64,000 nt of DNA, from positions 3,232,001 through 3,296,000 of the forward strand of contig OZ255836.1 in assembly GCA_965277715.1 (NCBI GenBank), read 5' to 3'. Position 1 is the first letter of the stretch, and the number at the start of each line of letters is the position of its first letter. A model generated the notes under the pieces. The model had not been told where the DNA came from. It did not search any database and saw only the letters and a program-made list of their open reading frames with translations. The position numbers and the translations under genes are program-made. Shown here one piece after another: positions 10,027 through 20,397 of this stretch. Source of the DNA: Gammaproteobacteria bacterium (GTDB lineage Bacteria > Pseudomonadota > Gammaproteobacteria > JBCCGL01).

Positions 10027-11076
10027 ATGAATGATAATAACCTGTTAATACGCCTGTTAGCCGAGCGCGATGTGTTGCTGGCAGATGGGGCTACGGGCAC
10101 TAACCTGTTTGACATGGGTTTGCAGTCTGGCGATGCACCGGAATTGTGGAATATCGACCATCCGCAGCGAATCGAGTCGCTGCATCAAAACTTTTGTGAT
10201 GCCGGATCTGATTTATTCCTCACCAATACCTTTGGCGGCACCCGCTACCGTTTGAAGTTGCACAGCAGCGATCATCGCGTCCACGAAATTAACCTCGCCG
10301 CTGCGCGTATCGCCCGTAAAGTGGCAGATGCCGCCGCACGCCCGGTGGTCGTTGCCGGGTCGATGGGGCCGACCGGTGAGATTTTGGCACCGATTGGTGA
10401 TGTGCCGTGCGAGGATGTACAAGCGGCTTTTTTCGAGCAGGCCCAGGCATTGGCTGAGGGGGGGGTCGACGTCCTGTGGCTGGAGACGATGTCATCGCGT
10501 GAAGAGTTGGCATGCGGTATTGCAGCGGCCAACCAACTGGGTTTGCCGGTGGTGTCGACCATGAGCTTTGATACCAATGGCCACAGCATGATGGGTATTA
10601 AACCCAGCGAGCTCACCGCACTGGCCTGCGGTGTCGATCCGACATTGTTGGGAAGTGGCGCCAATTGTGGTGTCGGCGCGGCGGAAACCCTGGCGGCGGT
10701 ATTGAGTATGCAGCGTGCCGATATTGACAACCGGCAAATTCTGGTTGCCAAGGGGAACTGCGGTATTCCCGAGTGGGCCGACGGTAAGATAGTCTATAAC
10801 GGCACACCGCAGTTGATGGCCGAATACGCAAGATTGGCACGTGACGCTGGCGCCCGCATTATCGGTGGGTGCTGTGGCACCACGTATGAACACGTGCGCG
10901 CCATGCGCCGTGCGCTGGATGAAACACCCCGCAGCGCACCGCCACAGTTGGGTGACATTGTCGCCACGCTGGGTGAAGTCTCTAACGGTATCCGGAGTCT
11001 GTTGGGTGAACGGACAGTTGTTGCGCAATCGTCCCGTGGCAGAGGGAATCGGCGTGGTCGGCGTGCGCACGAATAA
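10027..11076 (+). CDS. bmt: Homocysteine S-methyltransferase domain protein (Bmt/split MetH N-terminal domain)
   Basis: LADGATGT, GANCG and IIGGCCGT Zn-binding motifs; no pterin or cobalamin domains. Confidence 0.8.
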   Translation: MNDNNLLIRLLAERDVLLADGATGTNLFDMGLQSGDAPELWNIDHPQRIESLHQNFCDAGSDLFLTNTFGGTRYRLKLHSSDHRVHEINLAAARIARKVADAAARPVVVAGSMGPTGEILAPIGDVPCEDVQAAFFEQAQALAEGGVDVLWLETMSSREELACGIAAANQLGLPVVSTMSFDTNGHSMMGIKPSELTALACGVDPTLLGSGANCGVGAAETLAAVLSMQRADIDNRQILVAKGNCGIPEWADGKIVYNGTPQLMAEYARLARDAGARIIGGCCGTTYEHVRAMRRALDETPRSAPPQLGDIVATLGEVSNGIRSLLGERTVVAQSSRGRGNRRGRRAHE

Positions 11077-11159
11077 GCACGTGTAAAAGATTTCTCTCAA
11101 GTCTGTGGCTAAAGCGCCGTTATACCCCCTGAACCCATTCCATCAGGAGGTAACACCCA

Positions 11160-11738
11160 ATGAAATCTGCATTTGTTCCTTTTGTCTCGGCACTTTTACT
11201 TTCATCAGTCACCTTAACCAGTTTTGCCAACCAACAGACCGGTGCATTGGCCGACCTCGGTAAGAATGCCTTTCCCAAGTGGTTAAGTAATACCCTGCTG
11301 GTCGAGCAGGTAAAAGCACAAAATGCCAAAACCAGCCATCTGTCTGAGCCGGAGATTATTGCCCTGGACAAACAGTGGCGGGCAGAGACCAGTGCCAACA
11401 ACCAACCCCTTATTCAGGATGTATTAAATAACGCACTGTCGTTGTATCTCACTGAGATAAAAGAACAATCACAAGGCCTGTATACCGAAATTTTTGTTAT
11501 GGATGCCATGGGGCTCAACGTGGGTCAAAGCGATGTTACCTCTGATTACTGGCAGGGTGATGAGGCAAAGTGGAGAGAAACCTACCTGCAAGGCCCTAAA
11601 GCAGTACATATAGGTGATATCGAAATGGATGAATCAACCCAACAGTTTCAGGCACAGGTCAGCGTGCCCGTAATCGACCCGGGCACCGGCACAGTGATTG
11701 GCGCAGTCACCGTTGGCGTTAACGTCGACGCGCTTTAA
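11160..11738 (+). CDS. Stand-alone periplasmic PDC/Cache-like protein
   Basis: Signal peptide; EIFVMD..GLNV..S..TSDYWQGDEAKW; IGAVTVGV. Confidence 0.65.
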   Translation: MKSAFVPFVSALLLSSVTLTSFANQQTGALADLGKNAFPKWLSNTLLVEQVKAQNAKTSHLSEPEIIALDKQWRAETSANNQPLIQDVLNNALSLYLTEIKEQSQGLYTEIFVMDAMGLNVGQSDVTSDYWQGDEAKWRETYLQGPKAVHIGDIEMDESTQQFQAQVSVPVIDPGTGTVIGAVTVGVNVDAL

Positions 11739-11783
11739 CCCCCTCCCATCTGACCGTTGTATTCCACGAGGAGTGTAAGTCCT

Positions 11784-13361
11784 ATGTTGCACAGTATGAG
11801 TATTACATCGAAGTTGATCTTAACTATCGGGTTTATCGTAATAATGGGCTTCTCCTCCCTGGTTTTTCAGCAATGGATTACATTGAATGATGGTTTGCAC
11901 ACACTGGCAAACAAAGACAGACAGGCGATGACAGAGTTGCTGTCACAAAATGTCAGTGGCGGTATTCGCTGGAAAAAGCAGGCAATTATCAAAAAAGCCT
12001 ATGAAAAATTTGTTGGCAGCACCGATACCGATGTATCAAATATCATTACCGCTGACCTGAAAGGCCAGATTATCACCCAATTTGTCCATCCCACGCTGCC
12101 AAAAGGATCATTGGATCGTATTGACACCGATTGGCAGCGGCAACTTGTTAACAAACAAGTTATCACGGTATCCAGAGGCAACCATACCATCGTCGCTGCA
12201 AATGTATTATCTGGTAAAGACAGCACGCCGGTAGGTTACCTGGCCATCGCCTTTTCCAATAGCGGGCTACAAGGCTTTATTACCTCACGCAGTGGTGTTG
12301 CCGTACTGGTATCGGCCGTGGCAGTCTCGGCCATTTTGTGTGTGCTATTGCTAATAATCCGGCTGCTGTTCACCCGGCCAATGCAATCATTAAATGACAT
12401 TGCCCACGAACTGGCCAATGGCGATGGCGACCTGACCCGTCGACTGGATATGCAATCAAACGATGAACTGGGTGAGCTGGCCTCCACTATCAATACCTTT
12501 GTCGGGAAATTGCAGAGTGTGATGGGCAATGTGGTCTGTTCTGCGGATAAAGTGCATGGGTCATTAACAACGGCGCGTGAATCTGCAACACAAAACCAGC
12601 AGCTACTGGACCAGCACGCGGCGGAGCTCGGCCAGGCAAATGACGCATTACAGGCGATGTCCTCACACCTTGAAAAGACCGCTGAGTCGGCGCAGGGACT
12701 GGCAAAGTCAACAACGGATGCGAGTAACCTGGCAGAGTCCGCCAACCAACTTGCCGATGATGCCGTGCTTGCGGTACAGGGTTTAACGGCGAAAGTGCAT
12801 GAAACCGAGTCAGTTATCCGTGACCTCGATGAGCGTTCACAAAATATAGGGTCGGTGCTGGACGTTATCAAAAGCATCGCCGAACAAACCAACTTACTCG
12901 CCTTAAACGCGGCGATTGAAGCCGCCCGTGCCGGTGAGCAGGGCCGGGGGTTTGCAGTGGTTGCCGACGAAGTACGCACACTCGCCAGCCGCACCCAGCA
13001 ATCCACCGAAGAAATCCAAAGGATTATCGAATCACTACAAGTAGGCGCACAAAAAGCCGTGACCACCATGGAACAGGGCCAACAGGATGTACTCGTTTCA
13101 GCCGATAAAATCAACCACGTCAAAGGTTCATTAACCGAAATTGTGGCGTGTATGGATCAGATATCGCAAACCGATACAGCCGTGGCCAGCGATGTCAATC
13201 AGCAATCAGATGTCGCCAAACGCCTCTCTGATAATATCGATAAAATCAGCGAGCTCAGCCTCTCCATTCTGGAAAACGGTCAGTCTACCTCGCAGGCCTG
13301 CGAGCGATTGTCGGTGATGAACAGCGACCTAAATACGCATGTTGCATTTTTTAAGGTGTGA
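11784..13361 (+). CDS. Methyl-accepting chemotaxis protein
   Basis: Two TM helices, HAMP domain ([13 protein letters not shown]), [34 protein letters not shown]. Confidence 0.95.
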   Translation: MLHSMSITSKLILTIGFIVIMGFSSLVFQQWITLNDGLHTLANKDRQAMTELLSQNVSGGIRWKKQAIIKKAYEKFVGSTDTDVSNIITADLKGQIITQFVHPTLPKGSLDRIDTDWQRQLVNKQVITVSRGNHTIVAANVLSGKDSTPVGYLAIAFSNSGLQGFITSRSGVAVLVSAVAVSAILCVLLLIIRLLFTRPMQSLNDIAHELANGDGDLTRRLDMQSNDELGELASTINTFVGKLQSVMGNVVCSADKVHGSLTTARESATQNQQLLDQHAAELGQANDALQAMSSHLEKTAESAQGLAKSTTDASNLAESANQLADDAVLAVQGLTAKVHETESVIRDLDERSQNIGSVLDVIKSIAEQTNLLALNAAIEAARAGEQGRGFAVVADEVRTLASRTQQSTEEIQRIIESLQVGAQKAVTTMEQGQQDVLVSADKINHVKGSLTEIVACMDQISQTDTAVASDVNQQSDVAKRLSDNIDKISELSLSILENGQSTSQACERLSVMNSDLNTHVAFFKV

Positions 13362-13529
13362 GTAGTGTGGGCAACACAAGGACGGACATGGTGCTGAGCT
13401 GATTTTAGGGAGCATACCTGTGAATGGACATATAACCCTGTACTGAACAACATAAATCAGTGGTGGTATTGGGATAAGTACATTCCGAACAAATTAATTG
13501 CCCCTGTTATAGAGTTCTCTCAAAATTGA

Positions 13530-13794
13530 TATTTTTGAGAAATCAGACAAAGATAATCTGCGTAAAGCCGAGCGAAATGAACTGGCAGTCATCGCTGCAT
13601 TAATTAAAGTGAGAAGTTATGAGCGAATATTTTGACTCTTTGCAACAGGGCGCAAAAGAGGCTCTGGCAAGAAAACTGGGGCGCGTACCCAGCGTTACAC
13701 CGCTATAGACGTTGCGGCTATTCGCAAACAAACCAAAATGACACAGTGGGAATTCTCGAAATCGTTAGAATTGATGAAGAGTGTGCACGTTTAA
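13530..13794 (+). pseudogene. Decayed HigB/HigA-type toxin-antitoxin remnant
   Basis: FEKSDKDNLRKAERNELAVI (RelE/HigB-like C-terminus), then ATG 13619 MSEYFDSLQQGAKEALA, then after a frameshift KTGARTQRYTAIDVAAIRKQTKMTQWEFS (start of HTH). Confidence 0.65.
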
Positions 13795-13877
13795 AATCGC
13801 ATTTTGCGACCTTAAAGAACCCGGTTGATCCTGATCCTGGTTATGCCGTGCTAAAATTGACTTTTCAGGCGGGTTTG

Positions 13878-13954
13878 TGGCGCGCCCGACAGGATTCGAA
13901 CCTGTGACCTCTGCCTTCGGAGGGCAGCACTCTATCCAGCTGAGCTACGGGCGC
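13878..13954 (-). tRNA. tRNA-Arg (CCG)
   Basis: Reverse complement GCGCCCGTAGCTCAGCTGGATAGAGTGCTGCCCTCCGAAGGCAGAGGTCACAGGTTCGAATCCTGTCGGGCGCGCCA; 77 nt, encoded CCA. Confidence 0.97.
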
Positions 13955-14141
13955 ACAGTAGGCGATAATACGTTGTCGGTGGGGTAGCGTCTACCGTGGT
14001 GTGTATTGTGTATATTGAGCGGGTACGTTGATGGCAAGGAATGCCCGTGATAAATATTTGCCAATAAACTACAATTGTATGTTGCTGGGCGCATTGCTAG
14101 AATGCCGCGCATTTTGATTGCTACTTTAGGAGGTTCCCTAC

Positions 14142-14624
14142 GTGGAGCACACAACCGACGACAGCCAGCTAGTGAAAATCATGGCCCTTGTACTGGGGGT
14201 ATTGGTGGTTTTTTTCTTCGCCATTGTATTTGTGGCCAACCTTATTGTAGAGCCTGGTAATACTGCACCCAATGCGGTCAAGCTGGCGGCGATGGCGGAA
14301 CGTATTGAGCCAGTGGGTAGTGTGCGTACCAGCCTTGATGGCGGTGATGCGGCGATGGCTGAAACGCAGGCGTCCGCCGAGCCGAAAACTGGTAAGCAGT
14401 TATCAGAAATGGCGTGTTTGGCTTGTCACGGCGCCGCTACTGCCGCTGCCTTAGGCGCACCGGCAGTGGGTGACGCCGCCGCCTGGCAAAGTCGCCTGTC
14501 AGCGGGTATGGATGCCTTGGTTAGCAATGCTATCAAGGGTAAAGGGGCAATGCCGCCACGGGGTGGTTCGTCTTTATCGGATGAGGAAATTCGACTGGCT
14601 GTTGAGTACCTTGTGGGGCAGTAG
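14142..14624 (+). CDS. Membrane-anchored cytochrome c5 family protein
   Basis: N-terminal TM helix, ERIEPVG, CLACH, GKGAMPPRGG. Confidence 0.9.
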   Translation: MEHTTDDSQLVKIMALVLGVLVVFFFAIVFVANLIVEPGNTAPNAVKLAAMAERIEPVGSVRTSLDGGDAAMAETQASAEPKTGKQLSEMACLACHGAATAAALGAPAVGDAAAWQSRLSAGMDALVSNAIKGKGAMPPRGGSSLSDEEIRLAVEYLVGQ

Positions 14625-14757
14625 TTTATTTTGCTGTCTGCTGCGTGCATCAGGTGCGCAGTAGTGCTCAATAACCAACAGCCATTGGCTCTATCAATCC
14701 CCCCAGACAAACACCACTTCAAACCGCTCTTGTGCCGCGATGATGGCGGGCTTCTTT

Positions 14758-14936
14758 AACCTAAATTCCGCAGTTGAATCTACTGCGACCACCTGATGCA
14801 CAGAATCTAAAGCGCTTTTACCCGCATTTCAGCTTCACCTGTAGAATCACTACAGGATGGCTAAAATGCGGGTAACAACACTTCATCTTCAGCACCTTAG
14901 ACGCCCCCGCTACGATTCAACTGCGGAATTTAGGTT
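14758..14936. mobile_element. MITE, 179 bp, 23-bp terminal inverted repeats
   Basis: AACCTAAATTCCGCAGTTGAATC ... GATTCAACTGCGGAATTTAGGTT; shorter copy at 62700-62824. Confidence 0.88.
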
Positions 14937-15005
14937 TAATCACTCACACAGCATGGCGATTATTGTCTATCCTCTGTTGTGTGAAAACTTGATAAGGATC
15001 TATCT

Positions 15006-15863
15006 ATGCGCAGAGATAACAGCCAATACACACAAATACCCGGTAGGCGGACAAATTTCGGCTTTACACTGGTCGAGATTGCCATTGTTCTATTGATTAT
15101 CAGTGTGTTGTTGGGATCGGTTTTGATACCCCTCGGGGGGGTGTTTGAGCAGTCGCAACGGAAGTTGGTCAAGGCGCAGTTGGAAGAGGTGAATCAGGCG
15201 CTGGTGGGATTTGCCGTGGCCAACGGGCGATTGCCCTGCCCAGCCAGCGGCAGCAGTGCCGGCAGTGAAGACCCACAGGGTGGCGGTAACTGCGCCGGGG
15301 TCGATAGCAGCGGCGTGGCACACGGGTTTGTACCGGTGGTGACGCTCGGTCTGGTGGGTGAAACCAATGAGGACGGTCTGTTGCTGGACACGTGGGCCAA
15401 TCCCCTGCGCTATAGCGTAACGCAAGTCAACAGCTCACCGTCAACCGGGCCGGATTTCACTACACAGGGCGCGATGCGCTCGGTGGGCCTGTCGAATTTA
15501 CAGCCGAATATTGCCATCTGTACCCGCGCCACCAGCAATCCCAACTGCCCGAAAACTGCCGGTAATAACAACGCCCTGCGCGCTAACCAGGTGCCTGTGC
15601 TCATCTTTTCCATGGGGAAAGACTGGCGCGATTACGGCGGCACAGATCAGCTCGGCAACGCCGGGGAAGGTAGGTCAGGTGAGCGTTTTAATACGGTGGC
15701 CACAGGTGCCTCGGGGCGCACTTACCCACTGCCGGGGGATAATGTCTTTGTCAGCAAACCATACAATCAGCTTGAAGGGGATGAGCACTTTGACGATATT
15801 GTCGTCTGGCTCTCAGAGAATATTCTGTATACGCGGATGATCCAGGCAGGTGTCTTACCATGA
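15006..15863 (+). CDS. Prepilin-type N-terminal cleavage/methylation protein (pilin/pseudopilin)
   Basis: G|FTLVEIAIVLLII; GRLPCP. Confidence 0.85.
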   Translation: MRRDNSQYTQIPGRRTNFGFTLVEIAIVLLIISVLLGSVLIPLGGVFEQSQRKLVKAQLEEVNQALVGFAVANGRLPCPASGSSAGSEDPQGGGNCAGVDSSGVAHGFVPVVTLGLVGETNEDGLLLDTWANPLRYSVTQVNSSPSTGPDFTTQGAMRSVGLSNLQPNIAICTRATSNPNCPKTAGNNNALRANQVPVLIFSMGKDWRDYGGTDQLGNAGEGRSGERFNTVATGASGRTYPLPGDNVFVSKPYNQLEGDEHFDDIVVWLSENILYTRMIQAGVLP

Positions 15864-15927
15864 CACTTGCCTACTTGCACATGGAGCGTATACTGCGCAC
15901 ATCACTAATGTACAGGGAGTTTGATTT

Positions 15928-16581
15928 ATGAAATACCGTCACCATGGATTTACCCTCGTTGAAATCGCCATCGTCCTGGTCATTATCGGCCTGATTCTCG
16001 GCGGTATCTTAAAAGGCCAAGCATTGATCGACAGTGCCAGAGTGCGCTCGATGGCCAATGATGTCAACGGTATACGCACCGCCTGGCAGGCATTCCAGGA
16101 TCGCTATAACAGCCTGCCCGGTGACTTTGCCCAGGCCAGCACGCAAATTGACAGCACGCTGAGCAATGGCAATGGCAACGGCAAAGTCGATACCAAAGGC
16201 GAGATTGCAGGCGTTTGGCAGCACTTGGCCAAAGCCGGTTTTATTGCCGGTGATTACGATGGTAGCAGCACGGGGATCGACAGTATTGCCGGTCTGGGCT
16301 GTAGAACCGCCACCTGCCCGGTCAATCCATACAATGGGTTTTACAAAATAGCCTACGGCGAGCACATTCCCGGTGATCAGAGCAGTACGCACGAGTTTTT
16401 TACCGGCGAACAGGTGCCCGTGGGCATTATCCTGCAACTCGATTTAAAGATCGACGATGGCCTCGCCAGCAAGGGTGGAATGCAATCACATACAGCGACA
16501 GATGAAACCTGCCGGAGCGATGACAACTGGCAGGTGAGCGCCGATGCCACGAGCTGTGGTGCGGTTATTCGTGGGTTTTAA
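15928..16581 (+). CDS. Prepilin-type N-terminal cleavage/methylation protein
   Basis: G|FTLVEIAIVLVIIGLILGGILKGQ..LPGD..LDLKIDDG. Confidence 0.88.
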   Translation: MKYRHHGFTLVEIAIVLVIIGLILGGILKGQALIDSARVRSMANDVNGIRTAWQAFQDRYNSLPGDFAQASTQIDSTLSNGNGNGKVDTKGEIAGVWQHLAKAGFIAGDYDGSSTGIDSIAGLGCRTATCPVNPYNGFYKIAYGEHIPGDQSSTHEFFTGEQVPVGIILQLDLKIDDGLASKGGMQSHTATDETCRSDDNWQVSADATSCGAVIRGF

Positions 16582-16718
16582 CGCAAGAATACAGATACTC
16601 CCAATGGCTTAATCGGCGGGAACCGCTGCAAAAATAATATTACCCATAAAAAAATAACTCCCGTTTCTGCTACGCTTGGCACACCCCGAAAAACATACAT
16701 TGAGGTGCATTGACTATC

Positions 16719-18023
16719 ATGGCCTGCCAGTACTTAACCCCCTGCGATCACGGCGCTGACACCTTTACAGTCGCCATGCCCAAACTCACCTTTGGCCGGG
16801 GTTGCCTGGCCGAGGTTGGCGCACGCGCCGCCGGGCGTGGACTAAAACGCGTTGCGCTGATTACAGACCCCTTTCTACGCGATGGCCCCTACGTGGCAAC
16901 GGTTAAAAACTCACTCACCCAGGCGGGTATCGACTACGCCGTTTTTTCTGATATCCGTATCGAGCCGGACGATACCAGTGTTATTGCCGCCGCCAGTTTT
17001 TTGCGCGAGGGTGCGTTTGATAGCGTCATTTCCGTGGGCGGTGGCTCCTCAATGGATACCGCCAAAGCGGGGATGTTATACGCCCTCTACCCCAGTGACT
17101 TCAACGACTACTTCGCCGCCCCGATAGGTGCAGGCAAACCAATCCCCGGGCCGCTATTACCCCACATCGCCTGCCCGACGACCTCTGGCACCGGCTCCGA
17201 ATGCACCTCGGTCTCAGTGATTCGCATTAACACCCTGAACACCAAATTTGTGCTGGGCAGCCCGCATATGCTGCCCATCGAGGCAATCGTCGACCCCAGT
17301 TGCTGCGACAGCCTGCCCGCTAACGTCGTGGCCTCGACCGGGTTTGATTTACTGTGTCACGCAATCGAATGCTACACCGCGAAAGCCTACACCCGCTGGG
17401 CGCCAATTGCCGACCCGAACAAACGCACACTGCTACAGGGCGCAAACCCGTGGAGTGATATGGCGGCATCAAAAGCACTGGAAATTGTCGGCAACTACTT
17501 ACAGCGCGGAGTCGCCGATACCAGCGACAGCGAGGCGCGGGACCAACTGATGTGGGGCGCGACACTGGCTGGCATGGCATTTGGTAACTCTGGCACCCAC
17601 CTGCCCCACGCCATGTCATACGGCGTTACCCACCTGATGAACGACATCACCACCGCAGGCTACCCTGTTGCCTCACCTTTTGTACCACACGGCTTTAGCG
17701 TAGTCGTCAGCGCCCCGGCCATTTTTCGCTACGCCGCTGAAGCAGCCCCCGAGCGCCATATGCAAGCGGCGCAGTTCCTCGGTGCAGACAACCAGGGGGC
17801 AACCCCGGATGATGCCGGTGAAATCGTCGCCAAGCGCATCATTGACCTAATGAAAAGCACCGATGCCCCCAATGGATTGTCCGGGGTTGGATTTAACCGC
17901 GCCGACATAAAAGCCCTATCTGCGTCCTCAGCCCGTCAGGCACGCGCTATTGCCAACACCCCACGTGAAACCAATATCATCGATATTGAAAACATCTATT
18001 CCAACGCCATCCGGTATTGGTAA
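16719..18023 (+). CDS. Iron-containing alcohol dehydrogenase, hydroxyacid-oxoacid transhydrogenase-like
   Basis: GGGSSMDTAK, PTTSGTGSE, DLLCHAIE, HLPHAMSY, QGANPWSD. Confidence 0.85.
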   Translation: MACQYLTPCDHGADTFTVAMPKLTFGRGCLAEVGARAAGRGLKRVALITDPFLRDGPYVATVKNSLTQAGIDYAVFSDIRIEPDDTSVIAAASFLREGAFDSVISVGGGSSMDTAKAGMLYALYPSDFNDYFAAPIGAGKPIPGPLLPHIACPTTSGTGSECTSVSVIRINTLNTKFVLGSPHMLPIEAIVDPSCCDSLPANVVASTGFDLLCHAIECYTAKAYTRWAPIADPNKRTLLQGANPWSDMAASKALEIVGNYLQRGVADTSDSEARDQLMWGATLAGMAFGNSGTHLPHAMSYGVTHLMNDITTAGYPVASPFVPHGFSVVVSAPAIFRYAAEAAPERHMQAAQFLGADNQGATPDDAGEIVAKRIIDLMKSTDAPNGLSGVGFNRADIKALSASSARQARAIANTPRETNIIDIENIYSNAIRYW

Positions 18024-18028
18024 CACCA

Positions 18029-18146
18029 GCAATCAGCGTCAGCTTTTTTTCCACAGAAACAGTTGGCGTGCGACTGTATGGATACAGGAGCTAGAGCAAC
18101 GCAGGAGCAGTTGCCGACACCTGTTACTGGTTAGCAAGACACTCTC
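18029..18146 (+). repeat. ~118-bp dispersed repeat, copy 2 (inverted relative to 3137-3255)
   Basis: Direct sequence comparison with 3137-3255. Confidence 0.9.
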
Positions 18147-18222
18147 AAGCAGACTTATTTGATATTGGAAAAGACAATAAAAACCGGTAGTCTTACACGG
18201 CTATTCACAACACAACAGCGCC

Positions 18223-20340
18223 ATGACGCAGTGTAACACCCACCCACTCGACCCACTGGTCAACCCACAATCCATCGCCCTGATCGGTGCCTCAGCACGC
18301 GCCAACACCTCGGGCAGAACCTTATTCGATATGGCGTGTGTCGACGGTTATCCGGGGCGGGTTTACCTGGTAAATCCCCGTTACCAATCGATCGACGGGC
18401 AGCCTTGCTACCCCACCATCGATGCTTTACCGGAAACGGTCGATCACGCCGCCATAGCACTGAATAACAACCGGCTGGAAAATACGCTGGATCAGGTAAT
18501 CGCCCACGGCGCAAAGGCCGCCACTATTTTCGCCTCCTGTCTGTCAGCGGAAAATCAACACCCAGGTCAGCAATCGGGTCAACAATCGGGCCTGGCATCC
18601 GCAATCAAGCAAAAAGCGGCGCACGTGGGGCTGTTGTTATGCGGTGGTAACTCCATGGGGCTTTACAACCGTGTCGCGGGGTTACGGTTTGCCAGCTTCG
18701 GCTCAAAAACCCCTCTCAGGGCTGGTGGTGTGGCCTGGGTTGTACAGTCTGGCTCGGCCATTTCCGCTATCGCCCACGGTGATCGTAGACTGGGATTTAC
18801 GCTGTGTGTCAGCACTGGCATGGAACTCACCACCACCGCAGCAGAATACGCCGACTGGGCATTGAGCCAAACCACCACCCGCGTTATAGGGATGTTTCTT
18901 GAATCAGTGCGCCATACAGAAAAATTTATCGCGATGCTACAACGCGCCAACCAACAGCAGATTCCTGTGGTGATACTGAAAGTCGGGCGCACAGAAAAAA
19001 GCGCGGCGATGGCACAAAGCCACACAGGCGCTATCGTCGGTGACGATGTGGCGTTTAACGCAGTATGTGATCGCTATGGGGTTATTCGTGTTCGCGATTT
19101 CAATGAGATGATCGCCACCCTGCAACTACTGGATCGCGATGTATCTGTGTTAGATGGCGCGCTGGCGACCATGCACGACTCAGGTGGCGAGCGGGAGCTA
19201 CTGGTCGATCTCGCGCAGGATATTGACGTACCCCTGGCCAATATCGACACCCAGACCAAAACCCTGCTCGAACAAAACCTCGATGTGGGCTTAGTGCCGG
19301 AAAACCCGCTGGATGCCTGGGGCACACCCAATAACGCCGAACAGCGAATGGTCAATTGCTTACGCGCACTGGCCAACGACCCTGCAACCGGCCTCGCCTT
19401 TTTTTGCAGCAACCCGCAGGATGACTATTGGTACGCCGCCATGTTGCAACAAGTCGTCGCCACAGCCAGCCAGCAGACAGACACACCGCTGGCGATGGTA
19501 TGCCACTCCAGCCTCGCACAAAACGCCAAAATGGCGTCGCGGCTGGCAGATCAGGGTATACCACTTATTACCGGCACTCAGGAGGCATTAAAGGCCGCCA
19601 AACACGCAATAGACTACAAAAAATACCGGCACAAACCCAAAGAGGCGCTCACTGACCTTGATAAAAGCCTGATCGACTTTATTCAAACGCAATTTCAACA
19701 ACATACGGGCACTGTTTCAGAGCGTGAAGGCTTAAACCTGCTGGGGGCATTTGGCCTGCCAACGGTCAGTTGGGTGTCTGTTTGTGATACCGAACAAGCC
19801 CTACAAGCGGCAGACACTCTAGGCTACCCCGTGGCGCTCAAAACCGACGAAGGCAATTTACACAAAACGGATGTGGCGGGCGTATATTTAAATTTAAATG
19901 ATGCCGGGGCGATGGAAGCCGCCTACCAGGATATGGCTGAGCGACTGGGACCAGAAGCCATTATAGGGCCGATGATAACCTCTGGCGTGGAAGTGGGGCT
20001 GGGGGCGGTTATCGACCCAGACTTTGGCCCTGTCGTGGTTATCAGTGCCGGTGGCACACTGATCGAAGTATTGGATGATAAACAAACCGCTGCCGCGCCA
20101 TTTGGCCCGGCAACCGCCCGGACGCTATTACAAAAGATGCGGCTGTGGCCACAGCTTTTAGGTACTCGTGGGCAGGCTGAGGCTGATATTGAAGACCTGT
20201 GTAATACGATTGCCCGGTTCTCCCAATTCGCCGACTTATTCGCCTCCTCGCTTTTAACCATTGATATCAACCCTATCATTGCCGGGCCGCAGGGGTGTTG
20301 TGCAGTGGATGCCCTGATTATTTTGTCATCGAAAACATAA
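18223..20340 (+). CDS. Acetate-CoA ligase (ADP-forming) family acyl-CoA synthetase
   Basis: CoA-binding PQSIALIGAS, QSG, SHTG, ATP-grasp HKTDVAGV, DINP. Confidence 0.88.
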   Translation: MTQCNTHPLDPLVNPQSIALIGASARANTSGRTLFDMACVDGYPGRVYLVNPRYQSIDGQPCYPTIDALPETVDHAAIALNNNRLENTLDQVIAHGAKAATIFASCLSAENQHPGQQSGQQSGLASAIKQKAAHVGLLLCGGNSMGLYNRVAGLRFASFGSKTPLRAGGVAWVVQSGSAISAIAHGDRRLGFTLCVSTGMELTTTAAEYADWALSQTTTRVIGMFLESVRHTEKFIAMLQRANQQQIPVVILKVGRTEKSAAMAQSHTGAIVGDDVAFNAVCDRYGVIRVRDFNEMIATLQLLDRDVSVLDGALATMHDSGGERELLVDLAQDIDVPLANIDTQTKTLLEQNLDVGLVPENPLDAWGTPNNAEQRMVNCLRALANDPATGLAFFCSNPQDDYWYAAMLQQVVATASQQTDTPLAMVCHSSLAQNAKMASRLADQGIPLITGTQEALKAAKHAIDYKKYRHKPKEALTDLDKSLIDFIQTQFQQHTGTVSEREGLNLLGAFGLPTVSWVSVCDTEQALQAADTLGYPVALKTDEGNLHKTDVAGVYLNLNDAGAMEAAYQDMAERLGPEAIIGPMITSGVEVGLGAVIDPDFGPVVVISAGGTLIEVLDDKQTAAAPFGPATARTLLQKMRLWPQLLGTRGQAEADIEDLCNTIARFSQFADLFASSLLTIDINPIIAGPQGCCAVDALIILSSKT

Positions 20341-20397
20341 ACGCTGAAACACAAATTCTAATCAATAAACCTGGTCAATAAATTTAGAAGGTAAATT

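Noticed and set aside
12236-13123. 295-aa minus-strand ORF
   Set aside because: Typical antisense shadow of an MCP signalling domain
13632-13907. 91-aa ORF
   Set aside because: Overlaps the tRNA and is out of frame with the HigA-like remnants
18563-18592. 12-bp tandem duplication (GQQSGQQSG) in the acyl-CoA ligase
   Set aside because: Small in-frame loop duplication with no evident significance
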